From Acidobacteriota bacterium (GTDB lineage Bacteria > Acidobacteriota > CAIWXX01), in assembly GCA_040755995.1 (NCBI GenBank), contig JBFMAF010000030.1:1-62007 (forward strand): DNA of 62,007 bases, given 5' to 3'. The position numbers and the translations under genes were made by a program. How positions within the stretch are numbered: the first letter of the stretch is position 1; each line of letters starts with the position of its first letter. The notes under the pieces were generated by a model. The model worked only from the letters and a program-made list of their open reading frames with translations. It was not told the DNA's origin and made no database searches. Positions 26,602-37,204 of this stretch are shown here, one piece after another.

Positions 26602-27474
26602 TCAGGCTCGGCTACGGTCTCCTGCCGCTCGCGCCGCCTTGCTCAGGTGGATGTAAGCCGGCACGGACGCAATCCCGAACACCAGCACGATCGCGCAGCG
26701 GATCCAGAACCCGCGCGTCGGGCCGGTCTCCCAAAGCGAATGCGGAATGCCGAGTTGCCAGTAGCGAAGGAAGCCGATGACGTCGAATGCAGAGTGCAGA
26801 ATGATACCTGGAATGATCGAGTCCGTGATCGAGGCGAGCAGTCCCCACGCGACGGCTCCGGCAAGGTAGGCGGGGACGAAGACCAGCCAGGGCCGCGCGT
26901 CGGGCGCTCCGATCCGGTAGTGCGCGAGGGCGAAGACAACGCCGACGACCAGTATCGCGCGGGCGCGCCCGTATCGGCGCTCCAATCCGCGCTGCATATA
27001 GCCGCGCAGGGCCGCCTCTTCGACTATCCCCGCGGTGATACCGCTCAAGAGCAGCAGTCCCAGCACGGTGATGAACGGGTACCTCGCAAGCGCCTCGGCG
27101 CTCACCAGATCCTGACCGGGTCGCGGAGAGACGACGCGGGCGATGTCGGTGAGGGCACGGAGCGCCACGGTCGCAGAGCCCCCTGCGAGGAGTGCCCATG
27201 CCCACAGACGCGGAGTCAGTGCGTTTGAGCCAAGCGATTGCCGGCGCGAGTTGGATGTGGAGCGTGGCCAGCCCTTGCCATCGAGGTACTGCCAGTAGCC
27301 CCACAGGTACAGGGCGGCGATGGGAATGACCCACGGCCAGGCCGGCATGACCATCGCGTTGATTGCGACCAGCACGGTGATCGGAAGCTGGCCGAAGCCC
27401 AGCACGATGAGGCCTACGACGACGGCCCTGGTCAGGAACGGCAGCACCCGCCAGATATTCAGAAGTCGCTGCAT
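26602..27474 (-). CDS. CPBP (CAAX/Abi) family intramembrane metalloprotease
   Basis: Multiple TMs; GIVEEAALRG, FALAH, ILHSAFD. Confidence 0.9.
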   Translation of the reverse strand: MQRLLNIWRVLPFLTRAVVVGLIVLGFGQLPITVLVAINAMVMPAWPWVIPIAALYLWGYWQYLDGKGWPRSTSNSRRQSLGSNALTPRLWAWALLAGGSATVALRALTDIARVVSPRPGQDLVSAEALARYPFITVLGLLLLSGITAGIVEEAALRGYMQRGLERRYGRARAILVVGVVFALAHYRIGAPDARPWLVFVPAYLAGAVAWGLLASITDSIIPGIILHSAFDVIGFLRYWQLGIPHSLWETGPTRGFWIRCAIVLVFGIASVPAYIHLSKAARAAGDRSRA

Positions 27475-27610
27475 CTGGACCCCTCCATCAACGCCGAAGA
27501 TATCACAATTACACTCTACAGGAGGGCGCGGTGCTGCTTCGCCTGCATGACGGCCGTAGCGCGTAGATCTGCGCCGCCGGTGAGGATCGCCGTCTTGTCA
27601 GGTCCGTCGA

Positions 27611-27639
27611 TTGACAGTCTCCGGGTTTCGTCATATCTT
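27611..27639 (+). promoter_or_regulatory. Putative sigma70 promoter
   Basis: TTGACA-N17-TATCTT upstream of 27785. Confidence 0.5.
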
Positions 27640-27784
27640 CACCCACGTATACGGTACACACAAGCTGCGCGTTCCTCATATGACTATGTTTGGCACCACG
27701 CGTGCGAGCATTCGATGAACAATCGCGATCCCTCGTCGTCACATTGGCGCGGGGGGATAACATCATGATTCGACCAAAGGAGGC

Positions 27785-28213
27785 ATGACCATGAACCGCC
27801 GTTTCACGTTCTTCGCGAGCCTGTTTCTGTTTGCCCTGCTGGTGATGATGGCGTCCCCGTCCGTGGCGCAGGTGAGCCCGTCCGCCCCTGCGCAGGCACG
27901 TCCGTTCTCAGACGCGCTTGTCTCGATCCAAGAGACCGGAACAGGCCTGGGTTCGACTCCGAGCTCCGTGCATATGGCGGCGCTCCAAGCGGAGGAATCT
28001 CCCGATGCGGGCTCCACCGAGCGCCAGTGGACGAAAGGCGGAAAGATCATGACAGTGATCGGGCTCGCCGTTGCGGGAGCGGGCGCTGTGATGGTTGCCA
28101 CCTGGGATGAGCCCACGGAGGCGGGAACCCACATCGATTGGCAGACCACCGGCTACGTCTGGATAGGCGCCGGTGCGGTGCTGGCCATAATCGGGCTCAC
28201 CCGCAGGAGATAG
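27785..28213 (+). CDS. Hypothetical exported/membrane protein
   Basis: RBS AAGGAGG; signal peptide; two C-terminal hydrophobic helices ending TRRR. Confidence 0.7.
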   Translation: MTMNRRFTFFASLFLFALLVMMASPSVAQVSPSAPAQARPFSDALVSIQETGTGLGSTPSSVHMAALQAEESPDAGSTERQWTKGGKIMTVIGLAVAGAGAVMVATWDEPTEAGTHIDWQTTGYVWIGAGAVLAIIGLTRRR

Positions 28214-28354
28214 AGGATTACAGATTCCATGGGCCGGTTCGCGGCACCACGACTCCCACGGGCCGTGCCTGCTGCGAGCCGGCCGGCCTGATTTTTCGGG
28301 CGAAGCCGGGTGCCTGATGGCACATGACATGGCCCCCGCGGCCGCCGGCACGCG

Positions 28355-29098
28355 TCATCGCGCCGGTTGAGTCTCCGCTGCACCGATCTCAGTCAGTACA
28401 CCATCGACGAATCGGAGCGACGGCGGGAAGCCTGTAGCTGTGCTCGTCTGCTTGCGGCCGGGGCGCACGCCCTTGTCCTGCCGCGTGATCCAGATTTCGA
28501 CTTCCTTCGTGCCATCGGTCGAGCTTCTCTTTTCCACCGGCGTGCCGACGACACAGAACGCTTGCTCTCCTGTCATTCCACCCATCAGGCGATGCTCTGC
28601 AACGGCCTTCTTGATCTCCGAAGACCAGTCATCGTGTGCCTCCTGCAGAGGGACGCGCGAAAACGCCACGTTGAATGCGTCCTGGAAGTCCTTCAGGGTC
28701 TTGATTCCCACGAATCGAACGATGGTTTCGTCGTTGTTGTTATCTTCGCGAGCTTCGAACCAGACATCGACGGTCTCGCGAGCGAAGATCAGGGCTGCGT
28801 AACCGCAGCGCGTATTGGGGGGGATGCCCCAGGAGGTGCCTGAGGAGCGGAGCCTGCCTCCCTTGAAATCCTCCGTGGCGCCGATCTTGTATCCGGTGGG
28901 GCTCACTTCAACAATCGGCTTGTCCGCCCCCGATCCCCAGACGCCTGCGCTATAGGTGCAGGGGGCGTCGATCCTTGTGTAGAACACTCCCGAGACCAGC
29001 TTCTCCGCCTCCTTGCGCTCCTGCTTGCTCATCTCTGCCTGAGACGGGCAAGCGCAGAGAAGCGCGAAGATCATCGACAGGGTCATCTTGGTTTTCAC
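28355..29098 (-). CDS. Hypothetical secreted protein
   Basis: RBS AGGAGG before GTG 29098; signal peptide; GMTGEQAFCVVGTP (SmpA/BLIP-like element). Confidence 0.7.
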   Translation of the reverse strand: MKTKMTLSMIFALLCACPSQAEMSKQERKEAEKLVSGVFYTRIDAPCTYSAGVWGSGADKPIVEVSPTGYKIGATEDFKGGRLRSSGTSWGIPPNTRCGYAALIFARETVDVWFEAREDNNNDETIVRFVGIKTLKDFQDAFNVAFSRVPLQEAHDDWSSEIKKAVAEHRLMGGMTGEQAFCVVGTPVEKRSSTDGTKEVEIWITRQDKGVRPGRKQTSTATGFPPSLRFVDGVLTEIGAAETQPAR

Positions 29099-29412
29099 CT
29101 GTTGCCTCCTTTCCACTCCGTGAATCGGCGAGCCATGACCTCATGCGGGCTCCAGGGTCTCCGAGGCACCGAACAATGTGCGACATGTGGGGCTGTCAGA
29201 CCATGCCGTACAACTGATCACGCATGCTGACACATACACCAATATGCGCCGGCGAGCAAGCCGCACAGGCGCGACGGGCGATTCGATACCCGAGCCCGCG
29301 CCGTTCGGTTCCGGGACCGCCATCGCTCGTGTTCGGCCGCCAGAATGAGGCGACAGACATGGAGGCCGTCAGGAGCATCGTCCAGTTACTCGCCTCAAGC
29401 CGCATGACAGCC

Positions 29413-29441
29413 TTGACGTGCCGTTCGCCCGTACCTATCAT
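29413..29441 (+). promoter_or_regulatory. Putative sigma70 promoter of the A-domain/MMPL operon
   Basis: TTGACG-N17-TATCAT. Confidence 0.5.
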
Positions 29442-29503
29442 CTCCTCATGACAGGGCCGAGCGACTCGATCATGCGCGTCGGGGCTGCCTTCCGGCCCGA
29501 CAG

Positions 29504-31075
29504 GTGTCGGGCGTCGTGAGCTCGGTGAGCGCCCTCCCGTTGCTGCTCGAGACCACTGCGGCCGCCGTGCCCTATGGCATCGCAGTCGAGTACCCGCCGT
29601 CAGCGACGATCAGCTACTCCGGGCTGGACGCCCTCTCCGGCCGCGTTCGCGACCGGCTGCGCGCCATGGGAGTTCGCCCCGGCGACCGTGTTGGCCTGTA
29701 TGTGAAGAAATCGATCGACGCGGTGGCGGCAATTTTCGGCGTGATGAAGGCGGGCGCTGCCTACGTGCCCGTCGACATTGCTGCTCCGGTCTCACGTTGC
29801 GCGTACATCCTGAGCGACTGCTGGGTTTCCGCGGTGATCATTGAGCGAAGCGTGGCCGTGGAGTTCGCAGAGGAGACGCGCCGGCTGGGGCGGGACGCAA
29901 GACTGCTCGTGCTTGACGACTGCGGCTCGGGCTATCCACTGCGTGCCGAGCTCGACCGCCTCGACACTTCAACTCCCGCTCCACCCTCCGCCAGCGTGCC
30001 GCTGCGCCCGGATGACGTGGCCTACATCCTGTACACGTCCGGTTCGACGGGGAAGCCCAAAGGGGTCGTCCTGTCGCACCTGAACGCGCTGTCGTTTGTC
30101 GACTGGTGCTCGGAGACGTTCCAGCCGGAGGCGGACGAGCGATTCTCTTCGCACGCCCCTTTTCATTTCGACCTCTCGATCCTGGACATCTACCTCCCGC
30201 TGAAACACGGCGCCACGGTGGTGCTCATCGATGAGATGACCGCCAGGAATCCAGTCGCCTTGGCCGAGATCGTCGCCGAAAGAAGGATCTCGTCCTGGTA
30301 CTCGACGCCGTCCACCCTGACTCTGCTCGCGCAGTTCGGGAGGCTCGATCGCTGCGAGCTCTCGTCGCTGAAGCGCGTGCTCTTCGCCGGGGAAGTTTTT
30401 GCGCCCAAGTACCTCCGGCTGCTCAAGCGGGCGATCCCGCACGCACGATACTACAACCTGTACGGTCCGACCGAGACGAACGTCTGCACATGGTGCGAGA
30501 TCCCCGCAACGATCCCCGAGGACCGGACCGAACCGTTCGCAATCGGCTCTGTCTGCGCGCACCTGCGTGGGAAGGTGGTCGATGAGGCCGGGGGAGAGGT
30601 GCCCGCGGGGGTCGAGGGCGAACTGTGCATCACCGGAACGGGCGTGATGAAGGGCTACTGGAACCTCCCCGAGCGGACAGCCGAGGCGTTTTTTTTCGAT
30701 TCCGACGGCGTTCGCTGGTACAAGACCGGAGACATCGTGACCCAGTCACCGGACGGCACCTACACGTTCATCGGCCGCCGCGACCGAATGGTGAAACGGC
30801 ACGGCTACCGGATCGAGCTCGGCGAGATCGAGGCGGCGCTCCACAGCCATCCCAAGATAAGCGAGGCGGCGGTCGTGGCCACCAGCGACCCGGACGGCTG
30901 CGTGCGCATCCGGGCGCACGTGAGCGGCCGCGAGGGAGCCCGCCCTTCCATCATCGAGCTCAAGCGCTTCTGCGCCGAGGTGCTGCCCATCTTCATGGTG
31001 CCCGATGCCTTCGCAATCGAGCGGGAGCTGCCGAAGACGTCGACCGGCAAGGTAGACTATCAGCGCTTGGTGTGA
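29504..31075 (+). CDS. Stand-alone amino acid adenylation domain protein (DltA-like)
   Basis: YILYTSGSTGKPKG, FHFDLSILDIY, NLYGPTE, GELCI, YKTGD, RIELGEIE, LPKTSTGKVD. No C or T domain. Confidence 0.93.
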   Translation: MSGVVSSVSALPLLLETTAAAVPYGIAVEYPPSATISYSGLDALSGRVRDRLRAMGVRPGDRVGLYVKKSIDAVAAIFGVMKAGAAYVPVDIAAPVSRCAYILSDCWVSAVIIERSVAVEFAEETRRLGRDARLLVLDDCGSGYPLRAELDRLDTSTPAPPSASVPLRPDDVAYILYTSGSTGKPKGVVLSHLNALSFVDWCSETFQPEADERFSSHAPFHFDLSILDIYLPLKHGATVVLIDEMTARNPVALAEIVAERRISSWYSTPSTLTLLAQFGRLDRCELSSLKRVLFAGEVFAPKYLRLLKRAIPHARYYNLYGPTETNVCTWCEIPATIPEDRTEPFAIGSVCAHLRGKVVDEAGGEVPAGVEGELCITGTGVMKGYWNLPERTAEAFFFDSDGVRWYKTGDIVTQSPDGTYTFIGRRDRMVKRHGYRIELGEIEAALHSHPKISEAAVVATSDPDGCVRIRAHVSGREGARPSIIELKRFCAEVLPIFMVPDAFAIERELPKTSTGKVDYQRLV

Positions 31076-31079
31076 TCCG

Positions 31080-33632
31080 TTGATCGATCGGTTGACCCGC
31101 TTCCTGGCATGGTTGGCCACCAGGCACCCCGTCACGGTGCTCCTCGCAGTCCTCGCAGTCTCCGTTGTGATGTACCACAACACCAGATACCTGCAACTGG
31201 GCACCGATCTCACGGACAGCTTCGGAAGGAACGAGGCCAGATGGCGCGTGGTGACCGAGTACCTCCAGAACTTCCCCGTTGGGAACCAGCTCTTCGTGAT
31301 CATCCAGAGCGCGCAGACCGGCGACGAGGCTTTCGAGCAGATGGAGACCGCGGCAGATCGAATGGTGAACTCGATGAGGCACAGCGGCCGGTTCAAGTAC
31401 GCCCGCTGCCGTCTGACCCAGGAAGAGCTTCTGGGGTTCGCTCGGCTCTACGCGACCAGGTTCCCCAGCTACGCGCGCGAGGAGACCTGGGATGGACTGC
31501 GCGAACGCCTCGGCGAAACCGGCATCCGGGACTGGATCGCGCGCGCGCGCGCCGGGCTCGTGACATCCTTCTCGGGCCTCGGCTCGGACTACGTCGTCGC
31601 TGATCCGCTGGGGCTCAGCGAAGTGCTCATGCCGCGGAACGAAGATCTCTGGAGCCTGCTCGCGTTCGACATGGAATACGGGAGCGGAAACTACTTCTTC
31701 AGCAGAGATCACACTGCCCTGCTTGTGACCGCCGAGCCGAGACAACCGGGCACGGACTATCAGTTCGCCCTCGACGTCGTGAGATGGACCCGCGAGCAGT
31801 GCGACGCGCTCAGTGAAGATGAGGATTCCAGAGGCGCCGGCCTGCGGTTCACCGTCGCCGGAGCCTACGTCTTCGCCGAGCAGGACAGGCGTTTCATCGA
31901 ACGCAACATCACTGTCGTCTCTCTCGTCTCGATCCTCGGCAACCTCCTCTTCTGCCTGGCCGTCTACCGCCGGTTCTCGGTCTTCCTGATGTCGCTCGCT
32001 CCGACAACTCTGAGCCTTCTCTGGACGACGGGTGTCGTCAGCCTCTACCCCGGGCGCGTCAACCTGATCAGCCTGTCGTTCATCGCCATCCTGATGGGAA
32101 TCGGCGACGATCACGTAGTCCACCTGTTCAACAGGCTGGCGGAGGAACGCCGGAACGGCTCAACACTGGAGTCGGCCATGCAGAAGACGATCCGCGGGGT
32201 CGGCAGGAGCATAGTCTTCGGTGTCATCACGACCGGCACGGCAACTGCGGCCCTGGCTACCTCGGACTCGAAGTGGCTTTCCGAATTCGGCCTGATTCTC
32301 ACGATCGGCCTCGGGATGCTCGGCATCCACGTATTGTTCACCGTGCCATCGCTGGTCCACGTCTGGTGGCGCCTGGCTCCGCCGCGCGATCGGGATGAGA
32401 CCGCCTTCCGTCTCCTCCCTTCCGCCGCAGGCTCCACCGCGCGGCTGATCGGGGCCCATCCCGGTGCGCTGTTTGGCTTCTTCGCGATCGCGCTCGCTGC
32501 GAGCGCCTACGCTCTTCCAAGATTCTCCATCCAGCGGCCCATAGGGCTGGTGCGGGGCGAGGCGAACCCGGCGGTCGCGGGACAGAGACTCCTTGCGCAG
32601 AAGTTCGGCGGTAGCGGTGCGCCGGAGGTGCTTCTGATGGAGGGGAGCCAGGAGGAGGTGCTTCAGAGGGCTGAACGGCTCGGGTCTGCGTTGCGGAAAT
32701 TCCGCGAGCGCGGGATCATCGCATCGTACTTCTCCCCGAGCGAAATCGTCCCCTCGGGAAAGACCCAGGATTTGCGATCCGGTGTCTTGACGGGCGTCGA
32801 TCTCGAGCGTGTCGCCACCGAGCTCCAAGATGCCCTCGGAAAGAACGCCTTCCAACTGGAGTACTTCAAGGACTCCATAGACAACCTGCAGAAGATGGCC
32901 TCTGAGCAGCCACACCAGGTGACGGTGGAAGATGCGAGCCGGTTCCTTCCGGCCGGGTTCCTGGACGCCAGCATCCGGAGCATGGGTGGCGGGCGTTACA
33001 TGGCAGCGGTCTCGGTCTATCCCTCAGACCCCGAGGCGTCCGACGCGCTTCCCGACGAAACGCTCAACGCGCTGCAGCGGAGTTGCGGGCCGTTCTTCGT
33101 CTTCTCCTTCGCCCGGTTGAATCGCGACGTGCAGAGCCAGGTCGCCTCCGACGCGCGCCGGTCGCTCCAACTCACAATCGCCGGCATCGTGCTAATCGTC
33201 TTTCTTTGCTTCCGGAGCGTTCCAATATCGCTTGCCGTTCTCACCCCCACGGCCTTCTCCATCATCATCACCTTCGGCGCCTTGATCCTGCTCCACCACC
33301 CTTTCAGTCTCATGGCCGTCGCATCCCTCCCCCTCATCATCGGCATCGGGATCGACAACGGCATTCACATGACAAATCGATACCTCGAAGGCGGCGGCAA
33401 GGACATCATCGCAGTCGTCCGCGCTACGGGCGCCGCCCTCTTCCTGAGCAATCTCACGACACTGGTCGGCTTCGGAGCGCTGATGCTGTCGGACTTCCAT
33501 CCGCTCGCCGAGCTCGGGCTGGTCACGACCACCGGCATGGCGCTCACCATGAGCGCTTCACTGCTGTTCCTCCCCGCGGCCATTCTGCTTCTCGAACGCC
33601 GCCGCGCCGCGCGGGCGAAGCGGCCGGCGTAG
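31080..33632 (+). CDS. MMPL/RND family transporter (HpnN-like lipid exporter)
   Basis: Two 1+5 TM repeats; ILMGIGDDHVVH and LIIGIGIDNGIH. Confidence 0.9.
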   Translation: MIDRLTRFLAWLATRHPVTVLLAVLAVSVVMYHNTRYLQLGTDLTDSFGRNEARWRVVTEYLQNFPVGNQLFVIIQSAQTGDEAFEQMETAADRMVNSMRHSGRFKYARCRLTQEELLGFARLYATRFPSYAREETWDGLRERLGETGIRDWIARARAGLVTSFSGLGSDYVVADPLGLSEVLMPRNEDLWSLLAFDMEYGSGNYFFSRDHTALLVTAEPRQPGTDYQFALDVVRWTREQCDALSEDEDSRGAGLRFTVAGAYVFAEQDRRFIERNITVVSLVSILGNLLFCLAVYRRFSVFLMSLAPTTLSLLWTTGVVSLYPGRVNLISLSFIAILMGIGDDHVVHLFNRLAEERRNGSTLESAMQKTIRGVGRSIVFGVITTGTATAALATSDSKWLSEFGLILTIGLGMLGIHVLFTVPSLVHVWWRLAPPRDRDETAFRLLPSAAGSTARLIGAHPGALFGFFAIALAASAYALPRFSIQRPIGLVRGEANPAVAGQRLLAQKFGGSGAPEVLLMEGSQEEVLQRAERLGSALRKFRERGIIASYFSPSEIVPSGKTQDLRSGVLTGVDLERVATELQDALGKNAFQLEYFKDSIDNLQKMASEQPHQVTVEDASRFLPAGFLDASIRSMGGGRYMAAVSVYPSDPEASDALPDETLNALQRSCGPFFVFSFARLNRDVQSQVASDARRSLQLTIAGIVLIVFLCFRSVPISLAVLTPTAFSIIITFGALILLHHPFSLMAVASLPLIIGIGIDNGIHMTNRYLEGGGKDIIAVVRATGAALFLSNLTTLVGFGALMLSDFHPLAELGLVTTTGMALTMSASLLFLPAAILLLERRRAARAKRPA

Positions 33633-33639
33633 ATGTCAT

Positions 33640-33828
33640 GACAGGTAGGCACCGATTGACGAGTCGCGGCGCATGGAGCAGCGCCTGCGCGAGCTCGGCC
33701 GCGACGTGAGACTGGTCGAAGTCGACGGCGCCGGGCACGTGTTCAACTTCAAGGAGGGCGACGCCGGCCAGGCGCGCCGCGCGTGGGATGAGACACTCCG
33801 CTGGCTGGACGCGCACATGACCCAATAG
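33640..33828 (+). pseudogene. 3' fragment of the alpha/beta hydrolase, duplicate of 43466-43654
   Basis: Near-identical nucleotide match to the end of 42770-43654; TAG in place of TCG near its start. Confidence 0.9.
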
Positions 33829-34240
33829 CGCAGGGCGGTTATCGGGGACATACTCCGGCAGCCGATCACTCGCCGCGTTCCAACGTGGCTGCGCGCGAGT
33901 CCCGGCCGCGCTCCGCGTCGTGCATCTTTGACTGGACCGCGACGCCACCGGCGATGTCCCGCGAACGGATTCGGCGGGCTTGATCCCCGCCACGGATCCG
34001 TGCATGACGAAAACAGAGATTTCGATATACATGCATAAACGCATCCTGTCGTTCGATGCTTGGAAAGGCTATTCCTGTTCTAGGTCGATAAGCCCGCAGG
34101 GGACGGTCGCCAACCGCAAGGACTTCGAGCACTGATTGAACGATCGCCAGCGTCCAGGAGGTCACCGCCACGAGGCGCCGGCGAAGCGGTGGGCCCTAGT
34201 GCGGCCGAGGGCATGTGCTGCACGCGTCGGACCGAGACTC

Positions 34241-35011
34241 CTACTTGAATACTTGCGCCGCATCGAGCAGTTCGGCGGTGGGCGGCTGATTGTCGCGGTT
34301 GTACCGGGCGGCCTCGGCGATGATCGGGTCCGGGCTGGTCGCCAACTCGTCAAGGGCTCGACGAGCCAGTTCCTGCTGAGGCGGCGTCCCCCAGAAACGC
34401 ACAATCCCCAAGTTGACGATTGCTTCCCCGCGTAGGCGGCGGTCCAGGCTGGTCTTGGCAGCCTCGATTGCAGTGTTGATCTCGGCGTCATTCGCCGACA
34501 GTTGAAGCTGGTTCGATCCAATGGCCTCGATGTCGCCGAGGAGCGTGACCTCGGCAAGGCGTTCATGCGTCAGGAGCTTCTGCGGCGCCACCTCGGAAGC
34601 CACGGCGGCGGCAACCAGCGCGAGCCTGGTGTCTCCCATAGCGCGTGCGCGGTCGTAAATGGCCTCGGTGCCGACTCGGATGCGACAAAACCCAGCAAGG
34701 TCAGCGACGATTGTGACATCCTCTTGACGAAGCAGCCGGCCGAGCCGGATGGCGCGGCGGAAGTCCGAAAGCGCTGCGGCGTCGTCTGCGGCAGTCATAC
34801 AGCGTGCCAGCCACGACTTGGCGAGAGTAATGGGGACGATCAGATTGGGAATCGGCGTTGATAGGCCTTCGATTGGAAAGAACTCCGGATAGAAACGCAT
34901 CGTCGCCTGGTCGCACCACGGTTCGGCCTCGCGCAAGAGCGGGTCGTCGGCGGGCAAGATGTTTCCCAGTATGGGGTGGTCAACATAGCGCTTAATGGCA
35001 GTGATTGTCAC
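34241..35011 (-). pseudogene. 5'-truncated paralog of the 43798-44901 protein
   Basis: HPILGNILPADDPLLREAEPWCDQATMRFYPEFF...ELLDAAQVFK aligns with the paralog but lacks its N-terminal TM and PYWAGP region. Confidence 0.75.
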
Positions 35012-35154
35012 CAGGCCTTCAATAATTTGCGGCCCTTTTCGTCCTTGGGGGGTTGTTGGCGTTGCCAGCTATTTCATTTCACTGGAAAGGGGGGGGGCGA
35101 AGTGTGCCAAAATCGGTATCCCTTGGAACTCCGACACCCGTTGGCTGACGTGAG

Positions 35155-36081
35155 GTGTTCTTGATTCGCATCGCCCATGTCTCGGACCTGCACGTCCTCT
35201 CAAGCACTAGCGCACAGTGGCGCAGCATCATCTTCAACAAGCGACTTACCGGTTACGCCAACCTGGTCCTGCGACGCGGACGCGTGCACCGGCGCGAGTA
35301 CCTGGTCGCCGTGCTCTCGGCCGCTGTCGCGCAGGCGGATCACCTCGTCGTTACCGGGGACATCACCAATCTCGCCCTCGATCATGAGTACGAAGAAGCG
35401 CGTACCCTGCTTGATGAGGCCGCTGACCGGGCGGAGGTGACGGTGATCCCGGGCAACCACGATATCTATCTGCCGTCGACGCATCGCCGCCGGCGTTTTC
35501 CCCATCACTTCGACCGGTTTCTCCAGAGCGATCTCCCGCAACTCGCCCGGGATCTTCCTGCGGGTCGTTTTCCCTGCGTCAAGTTGCGCGGACGGGTTGC
35601 GATCATCGCGTTGTCTAGTGGTGTGCCCCGCCCGCCCTTTGTGGCCTCCGGTTACGTCGGTCATGCGCAACTTGAGGCATTCGAGACCGTGCTCGCACAC
35701 CCCGAGGTGCAGCGGCGGACATCGATTGTGCTGATTCATCATCCCCCGGTTGACACGCGGCCGCGAATCATGCGGCTGCGCGACGGGCTGGTGGACGCTG
35801 CGGCGTTTCGTAGTTCTCTTGCGCGACTCCCCCGCGGGCTCGTGCTCTTCGGTCACCTTCATGTACGGGTACGTTGTAGGCTCCCGACGCCGTCAGGTAA
35901 GCTCGATGTGATCGGCGCGAGTGGAGCGGCCCTCGATCATCCCGACTGGTCGGTCCGCGCAGGGTTCAACCTGTATGAGTTCGACAACGGCGGCCTCGCA
36001 TCCGTCGGGGCGCATGTGATAGATCCATGGACCGGCGGCTTGCAGGCCACGGCGATCGGCGGGGTAACCGGATGCGGGTGA
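35155..36081 (+). CDS. Calcineurin-like metallophosphoesterase
   Basis: HVSDLH, VTGDITN, PGNHD, IHHPP, FGHLH. Confidence 0.92.
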   Translation: MFLIRIAHVSDLHVLSSTSAQWRSIIFNKRLTGYANLVLRRGRVHRREYLVAVLSAAVAQADHLVVTGDITNLALDHEYEEARTLLDEAADRAEVTVIPGNHDIYLPSTHRRRRFPHHFDRFLQSDLPQLARDLPAGRFPCVKLRGRVAIIALSSGVPRPPFVASGYVGHAQLEAFETVLAHPEVQRRTSIVLIHHPPVDTRPRIMRLRDGLVDAAAFRSSLARLPRGLVLFGHLHVRVRCRLPTPSGKLDVIGASGAALDHPDWSVRAGFNLYEFDNGGLASVGAHVIDPWTGGLQATAIGGVTGCG

Positions 36082-36115
36082 CAATGGAATCTGTACTGAA
36101 CGGCCTCACAATCCA

Positions 36116-37204
36116 ATGAACTACCAGCACATCCTCGTGCTCACAAAACCTGGAGTGGATCCGCATATGACTTTCACTGCGATCCGCCGGTTCGCCCCTT
36201 CGGCCGCACAGCTAATCGTCATCGCCCGCCAGCCGGCGCTCCACTTCGGGCGGCGGCGCCCGGTCGATCTCGACGATTCAGCAGACCTCGAGCGGAAAGA
36301 ACTGCGCGTGGCCGCGCAGGGGGCGGCAGCGGTGGTCGACGTGGCCTTTGCACCCGAGCTGACGGCGGATGCTCTGTCCGATGCCGTAACCGCCGGGGCA
36401 ATCGATCTCCTAGTCGTCGGCTCCCCGACGTTGCGCGTGTCGCGGCTTGTTGCGGAAGTCCGCAAGCGAACTTCAGTCCCGGTGCTCGTCGTTCGGTCGC
36501 CCCTCAAGACATCGGCTCCTGATGCGGGCAACCGCCTGCTGTGTATAGGACTGAGCGAGCGGGGACGACGCGCGGTGGCGAAGTTCCTTCAGGAGCATGG
36601 GTCGCCGGCGGATCGGGCCGTGCTGCTGTCTACGAAAGCTCTGTCGTCCAAGGACCTGGACCGGATGCGCGTAGTCTTGGGTATCGCCGTCGAGGTGCAT
36701 CCGAGTGAGGGTCAGCGGATGCGCCAGCTGCTGGGCCCGCCGGCCCGACCGGACATCGATCTCGTCGTGCTCCCTCGCTTTCCGCCAATCGTCCTGCTCG
36801 GCGTGAAGTCGGGGCCTGCCCTGCTCATTCTTCCCCCGTTTGCGTCCCGGCCGAGCGAATGGCAACGGGCGATCGATGTTCCGGACCTGGTCGATAGCGG
36901 CGTGACGATTCGAGCGCGCTTGGAGTACGCGATAGGTATCGGACGACGCACGCCCATTTCCGACCAGGAGCTGGCGTTTGTGCACGAGGGAAAAGTCGTG
37001 GCTCACGCGGCCTCGCGTCACGGAGAGGTGCAGCTGCCTTCCGGTCTCGGGGATTGCCTCGGTTTGTTTCGGACGACTGGAAAGGAAGCAGCGGGTCCAC
37101 CGGCGCTCGTGGAGGCCGGGGTAGCGGTCCTGCGCGCCGGCTCGCGGCGCTCGCCGCGGCTCCAGCTGCCCCGCGGGGCCGCGCGTCACTGGAGGAACGG
37201 CTGA
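36116..37204 (+). CDS. Hypothetical protein with USP-like N-terminus; probably the 5' part of a frameshifted PLD gene
   Basis: YQHILVLT...IDLLVVGS...VPVLVVR; overlaps the next ORF by 151 nt in another frame. Confidence 0.6.
   Translation: MNYQHILVLTKPGVDPHMTFTAIRRFAPSAAQLIVIARQPALHFGRRRPVDLDDSADLERKELRVAAQGAAAVVDVAFAPELTADALSDAVTAGAIDLLVVGSPTLRVSRLVAEVRKRTSVPVLVVRSPLKTSAPDAGNRLLCIGLSERGRRAVAKFLQEHGSPADRAVLLSTKALSSKDLDRMRVVLGIAVEVHPSEGQRMRQLLGPPARPDIDLVVLPRFPPIVLLGVKSGPALLILPPFASRPSEWQRAIDVPDLVDSGVTIRARLEYAIGIGRRTPISDQELAFVHEGKVVAHAASRHGEVQLPSGLGDCLGLFRTTGKEAAGPPALVEAGVAVLRAGSRRSPRLQLPRGAARHWRNG

Noticed and set aside
29196..29441. Minus-strand ORF containing RGLGYRIARR
   Set aside because: Only a vague resemblance to known C-terminal motifs; it overlaps a predicted promoter region.
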